From a virus (lineage: Duplodnaviria; Caudoviricetes): DNA of 57,024 bases. Every line of letters starts with the position of its first letter. The first letter of the stretch is position 1. The position numbers were made by a program, and so were the translations under genes. A model generated the notes under the pieces. The model made no database searches, had not been told where the DNA came from, and saw nothing but the letters and a program-made list of their open reading frames with translations. Below, piece by piece: positions 53,066 through 57,024 of the stretch. The stretch is taken from positions 1 to 57,024 of the IMG/VR virus record IMGVR_UViG_3300048074_000019. The stretch is one strand, 5' to 3'.

Positions 53066-54229
53066 CTAGTGAGCCAGCGACGAAATGATGGCTACCAGCG
53101 CGGCGTTCTTGTTGATCCACGCCTGCATCGCGGGCTGGTTGATGATCCCCTTATAGTCCCTGCGGAGCAGCGAACTGATGTAGGTCACCCCCATATCCTT
53201 GGGCAGGCGCTGGATGTACTGGATGCACGGCGCGAGGTCCTGCGTCTGCGTGTAGCCCGCCAACTGGTAGGCCATCAGCATCTGCAGGTCGGCGCGGTTC
53301 GGCACAGGCGTGTTAGCGGGGTCGCTGATCACGTCCTGATAGGACGGCAGTTCGAGCAGGAACTGCAGATGGCTCAGCAGGCTCTGCGTCGCCGGCATGC
53401 CGATCGTCCCGGCGATGGTGTTGGTCATCACCGCGTCCACCTCCTGATTGCCGGACATCGCCCAGCGGGTCTGCAGGTAGCGGTCGACAGCGCAGAGTTG
53501 CCGCGGGTTGCACCACGGTCCCTGCTCTTTCGGCTCGGGTTCGAACACGATCTGCGGGTTCGCCGCAGCCCACGCCTTGATGACTGGCGTCGTCTGCCAC
53601 GTCTTGCCCTGATGGACGTAAGGCTTGTCCATGTAGTTCAGCGTGACGTCGATGTCGCCGTCGATGTGGATCACCGTGCGGCGGGCGATGCAGAAGTCGA
53701 AGTCCTTCGACACGCCATACCGAGCGCCCTGATTGGTGCAGGCGATGCGGACGCTGCCATGCGGCAGATACCACGGCGACGTGCCCCCGTTCAGGAAGAT
53801 TTCCGCCACAGCACGCTTGACGTCGCCCTCACCCTGGCCGTACTCGTCGATCACGAGAAAGCAGCGATCGAACATGAACGCGGGCTGCACGGGACCGCCA
53901 AGCCCATCCGTCATCATCATCCACAACGGGACGCTGGGGTCAGTGACCGTGATCTGGCGCTTCTCCGGCTGCCCGGTGGCGATGTCGAGCACGTCGTAGC
54001 TCTTCTCGCCCTTGAACTGGAAGCCGATCAGGTCCGGCGGGGTCTGCGTTGCCGCGAAGATCACGCCGTATCCCCAACGAATGCCCTGCGGAGCATCGCG
54101 GTCACGCAACTCCTTGAACATTTCGAAGGTGACGCTCGACTTGCCGAGACCAGAGCCGCTTTCCCAGAGGATCGCATTGCCGGCCTCGATCAGCGCCATT
54201 GTCTCTTGGCGCGCTTGGATGATATTCAT
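53066..54229 (-). CDS. MoxR-like AAA+ ATPase
   Basis: Walker A SGSGLGKS, DLIG, Walker B LVIDE, sensor ACTN, NPR. Confidence 0.88.
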   Translation of the reverse strand: MNIIQARQETMALIEAGNAILWESGSGLGKSSVTFEMFKELRDRDAPQGIRWGYGVIFAATQTPPDLIGFQFKGEKSYDVLDIATGQPEKRQITVTDPSVPLWMMMTDGLGGPVQPAFMFDRCFLVIDEYGQGEGDVKRAVAEIFLNGGTSPWYLPHGSVRIACTNQGARYGVSKDFDFCIARRTVIHIDGDIDVTLNYMDKPYVHQGKTWQTTPVIKAWAAANPQIVFEPEPKEQGPWCNPRQLCAVDRYLQTRWAMSGNQEVDAVMTNTIAGTIGMPATQSLLSHLQFLLELPSYQDVISDPANTPVPNRADLQMLMAYQLAGYTQTQDLAPCIQYIQRLPKDMGVTYISSLLRRDYKGIINQPAMQAWINKNAALVAIISSLAH

Positions 54230-54352
54230 ATAGCCTCCTCAGTTTAGGTGTGGACCAAATCAGTGAGCCCCTCGCGGGGCGGCCATCTTCGGGCGCCGCA
54301 TCACGGCGCGACGCCTGCCGCGTCGGGCAAGCGTTTCGGCCTGCGCCGTGGC

Positions 54353-54994
54353 TCAGATACCGAGAGCCTTGTTGAGATCAGCCACCAGCGTTGCCGGCAC
54401 CTGATGACGGAACGGAAACTCCTTCGGGAGGTGCTTGTAGAAGCGCTCCCCTTCCGGCCACGACCTCTGCAGCGACTTGAAGGACTGCACGCCGGCGAGC
54501 ATCGCCGTCAACGTCGTTTCCGTTTTGGAGCGCTCTGCAGCAAGCGCTTGCGACGCGTCTGCAAAGGCGGAGATACGCTCCTGGAGCTTGCCGTCCTTCA
54601 CAGTGAAGAACTTCGCATCCTCGTTCCCCAGATGCCGAGGCATGGGGTCTTGAACCAGCAGCGTATGGACACGACCGTCAACACGGAACGCTACCTGACG
54701 CCCTTCCGGGGCCGGTCGCCCATAGTGGTCTTCGCAACTGACGGCGAAGGGCGGGCCAAGGCGACGTGCCATGGCGAGTTTGGCGCTCCCGAAGATCGAC
54801 ACCATGGCCGCATGGCCGAGGCGCTGGCCCTCCCGCTTCATTTCCGCAAACCGCTTGTCGAAAGCATGGGCTATCGCTTTCTTCAAGATGCTGCTGCGCA
54901 TGGCAGTGTTAAGGCGCATGCCGCCCTTGCGGTCGATCACTTCCAGTTCATCCGGCTCAGCCGGCCGGCTTATCATGACTACGCGTTCAGACAT
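54353..54994 (-). CDS. Nmad5 (nucleotide-modification-associated domain 5) protein
   Basis: RLN..MR..I...A and L..V.S.K.L...WPE; AAGGAG SD. Confidence 0.7.
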   Translation of the reverse strand: MSERVVMISRPAEPDELEVIDRKGGMRLNTAMRSSILKKAIAHAFDKRFAEMKREGQRLGHAAMVSIFGSAKLAMARRLGPPFAVSCEDHYGRPAPEGRQVAFRVDGRVHTLLVQDPMPRHLGNEDAKFFTVKDGKLQERISAFADASQALAAERSKTETTLTAMLAGVQSFKSLQRSWPEGERFYKHLPKEFPFRHQVPATLVADLNKALGI

Positions 54995-55036
54995 TCTGGG
55001 TCTCCTTAGTTCGTTGGGGGTGTGGTGAAGTAGGCC

Positions 55037-55516
55037 TTACCGCTTCGCGGTTCGCTTGGCCGGCTTGGTGTACGGGAGCACGCTCGGCATGCGACCGTTC
55101 GGCCACGGCACCTTGCCGTCCAGGTAGCGCTGGATCGCCGTAGCCGCGACATTCGGCTCGTTGTAGTTGATGGTGTTGTCGTAGCTGTGGAACAGTTGGC
55201 TGAGCCGCGCACCATTGTGGTCACACAGATACTCGAACAGTTGTCCGATGATCTCTTGCTCCCGCACGTTCTTGCCCTCGATACCGAGCAGGAACACGCC
55301 AGCCCAACCCCCGATGCAGGCGGCAGTGCCGCAGCCATGGTAATTCCCGTCTCTGTAACGGAATTTCCCGTGCCTGATGATGCTCGACATATCGAGTTCG
55401 CGCCCACCGCCATTGATCCGGTGATCGAGCAGGTGATCACGCACCTGGGCCAGGGTCGCTCGCAACTCAGTCTTGGTGATCTTCCGTTCCGCTTCATAGC
55501 GAAAAACGCTATCCAT
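55037..55516 (-). CDS. hypothetical early protein
   Basis: CGTAACIGGWA motif; GAGGAG SD 8 nt upstream. Confidence 0.75.
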   Translation of the reverse strand: MDSVFRYEAERKITKTELRATLAQVRDHLLDHRINGGGRELDMSSIIRHGKFRYRDGNYHGCGTAACIGGWAGVFLLGIEGKNVREQEIIGQLFEYLCDHNGARLSQLFHSYDNTINYNEPNVAATAIQRYLDGKVPWPNGRMPSVLPYTKPAKRTAKR

Positions 55517-55534
55517 ATGGTTCACTCCTCAGTT

Positions 55535-55883
55535 GGGTTGAAGGTCCCCCGGTGACCCGCTGTTCCTGCCGTTTGGGTGGGCAGGCGCGGCACATCACCG
55601 GGGGTATCGACCGCATCCGCCCTGCCACTCAACCTAGGCAGGAGGGAAGTCCGCGGCCACCGCTTGCTGCATGCTTTCCCTACGGCGCGGGAGCAGGCGT
55701 CTAGCAGCTTCGCCTCTCTACAGGATGTCGCACGACACATCGTGGGTTCGCCGAGGGGGGTATACCCGATCGTTCACGGCAAGCCGTGAGCCACGATCCC
55801 TCGTACTATGCCGACCCACCCTTCCGGTGCTGGCCTGTCGCTTGTGCACAGGCCGTGGGTCCATCCCGTCTCGTTCCGCTGCG
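55535..55883 (-). ncRNA. candidate large structured RNA
   Basis: About 350 nt with no credible CDS; nested stems with CUUG and GGAA tetraloops on the - strand. Confidence 0.5.
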
Positions 55884-56069
55884 TTACCGCGGCGGTAATT
55901 CGGTCTCCCTTCTCGTGCTGCGGACCGCGTCCATCTGACGCTGCACGCTGGCCAGATACCGCTGCTTGGCAATGCTGTGGGCTTGCGCCGCATCGCATCC
56001 ACCGCGCAGTGCATCCGTCACGAACCGGTCGTAGATGTACTTGCTCTCGTCATTGAGGGCTTCGCGCAT
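55884..56069 (-). CDS. small hypothetical protein
   Basis: GGAGGA SD; 61 aa. Confidence 0.55.
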   Translation of the reverse strand: MREALNDESKYIYDRFVTDALRGGCDAAQAHSIAKQRYLASVQRQMDAVRSTRRETELPPR

Positions 56070-56081
56070 CCAGTCCTCCGC

Positions 56082-56179
56082 TGCTCCTCATCGTTGAGTG
56101 GTGGTGCCAAGGCGCTGAGGAGCAACCACCTTGGCACCTCGCTGGCGCTTTTCTGCCGAAGCAGTTCGCCGTCCAGCGA
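56082..56179 (-). ncRNA. H-type pseudoknot plus UUCG hairpin in a 5' leader
   Basis: Interleaved perfect stems 56082-90/56116-24 and 56103-12/56129-38. Confidence 0.6.
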
Positions 56180-56197
56180 AACTGAATTACTCGGGCG

Positions 56198-56917
56198 TCA
56201 CGGCGTTGTCGCCGGTGCCGGACCCTTCGCCTTCCCGCGTGCCGTGGCGATCGCGGACAACCGCTTGCGCATTTCATGCCGCGCCGTCCTGATCTCGGTG
56301 CTGTTGTCCTGCGCCGTGCCCTGGCTGGCACTGCCGTCGATCAGCTTGTCGAGTTGCTTCACAGCCGCCTCGATGATCTGCTCGGCAGTGGCGAGGTTGC
56401 GGCCGGGACGATAGCAGAACGTTTTGAGTTCTGCATCATCAATCAGCGTGTCACGCTTCAACTGTGTGCGAGCATACTTCAGCAGCGTGTTCGCAGCATC
56501 GTCGAGCTTCTTCGCTTCGGCCGGTATCTTCTTCAGGTTCTGGCGCGTCGTCATCAGGTTGTTGACGGTCGCCAGCGGCTCGCCGTTGCCACCCTTGGGC
56601 CACGAGCCCAGCTTGATCGACGTGCGCAGGGTCGAGACCAACTTCATCTGGTTCGGCGCCTTCGCATCGAACACGACAGCGCCCTGCTGCGCCTTGACGT
56701 AGGTCTCGGCGAGCTTGGTCGCGTCGTCGACGTCAGTGCCGTGCTTGTTACCGCTCAGGTCGAGCGCGCCATGATAGCCACCCTCAACGGCCTTGAGCAG
56801 GAACTTGACCTGCGTATCCTTGCCCTTGCCGGCATCGGCGCCAAGCTGCGTTGCTGCAGCGAGCAGGTCGTCGAACGTGATCTTGTTCCCCGTCGGTGTA
56901 GGTGTAGGTGTGGACAT
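56198..56917 (-). CDS. hypothetical early protein
   Basis: 239 aa; AACTGAGGAG leader. Confidence 0.8.
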   Translation of the reverse strand: MSTPTPTPTGNKITFDDLLAAATQLGADAGKGKDTQVKFLLKAVEGGYHGALDLSGNKHGTDVDDATKLAETYVKAQQGAVVFDAKAPNQMKLVSTLRTSIKLGSWPKGGNGEPLATVNNLMTTRQNLKKIPAEAKKLDDAANTLLKYARTQLKRDTLIDDAELKTFCYRPGRNLATAEQIIEAAVKQLDKLIDGSASQGTAQDNSTEIRTARHEMRKRLSAIATARGKAKGPAPATTP

Positions 56918-57024
56918 TGTGAACTCCTCAGTTCAGGGGTTAAAGTTTCGCGGCGTTGCCGCGTCGGGCAAAAAATTCGCGCCGCGCCCCTAGCGTGGGA
57001 CGTCGGGGACTACCGTGCCACCTT

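Overview
The window is most of a GC-rich tailed dsDNA phage genome with a podovirus-like layout. The host is probably an alphaproteobacterium, inferred from a CtrA-like box and the GC richness. The + strand (1-34.6 kb) carries late genes: TerL, portal, a cluster of three Gly-Pro-Thr collagen genes followed by two glycosyltransferases and a sugar O-methyltransferase, scaffold, major capsid, adaptors, collagen/C1q fibres, lysis genes, a tail protein and large ejection proteins, the largest containing an InPase domain. The - strand (34.6-57 kb) carries early and replication genes: primase/DUF927, SSB, SNF2 helicase, MazG-like, VRR-NUC, DEDD exonuclease, PD-(D/E)XK nuclease, dATP/dGTP diphosphohydrolase, DUF4406, PolA, a vWA-metallopeptidase with a MoxR-like AAA ATPase, and Nmad5. 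I saw no integrase, repressor, RNA polymerase, tRNA, CRISPR array or small terminase. Main observations: (1) a candidate self-encoded collagen glycosylation ('glycan coat') system resembling Bacillus BclA loci; (2) 14 dispersed copies of the palindrome TTACCG-YNR-CGGTAA, inside and between genes; (3) structured RNA candidates in the early intergenic gaps, including a perfect H-type pseudoknot and a ~350-nt multi-stem element; (4) two families of triplicated small early proteins. All family calls come from motif recognition by eye; no searches were run.
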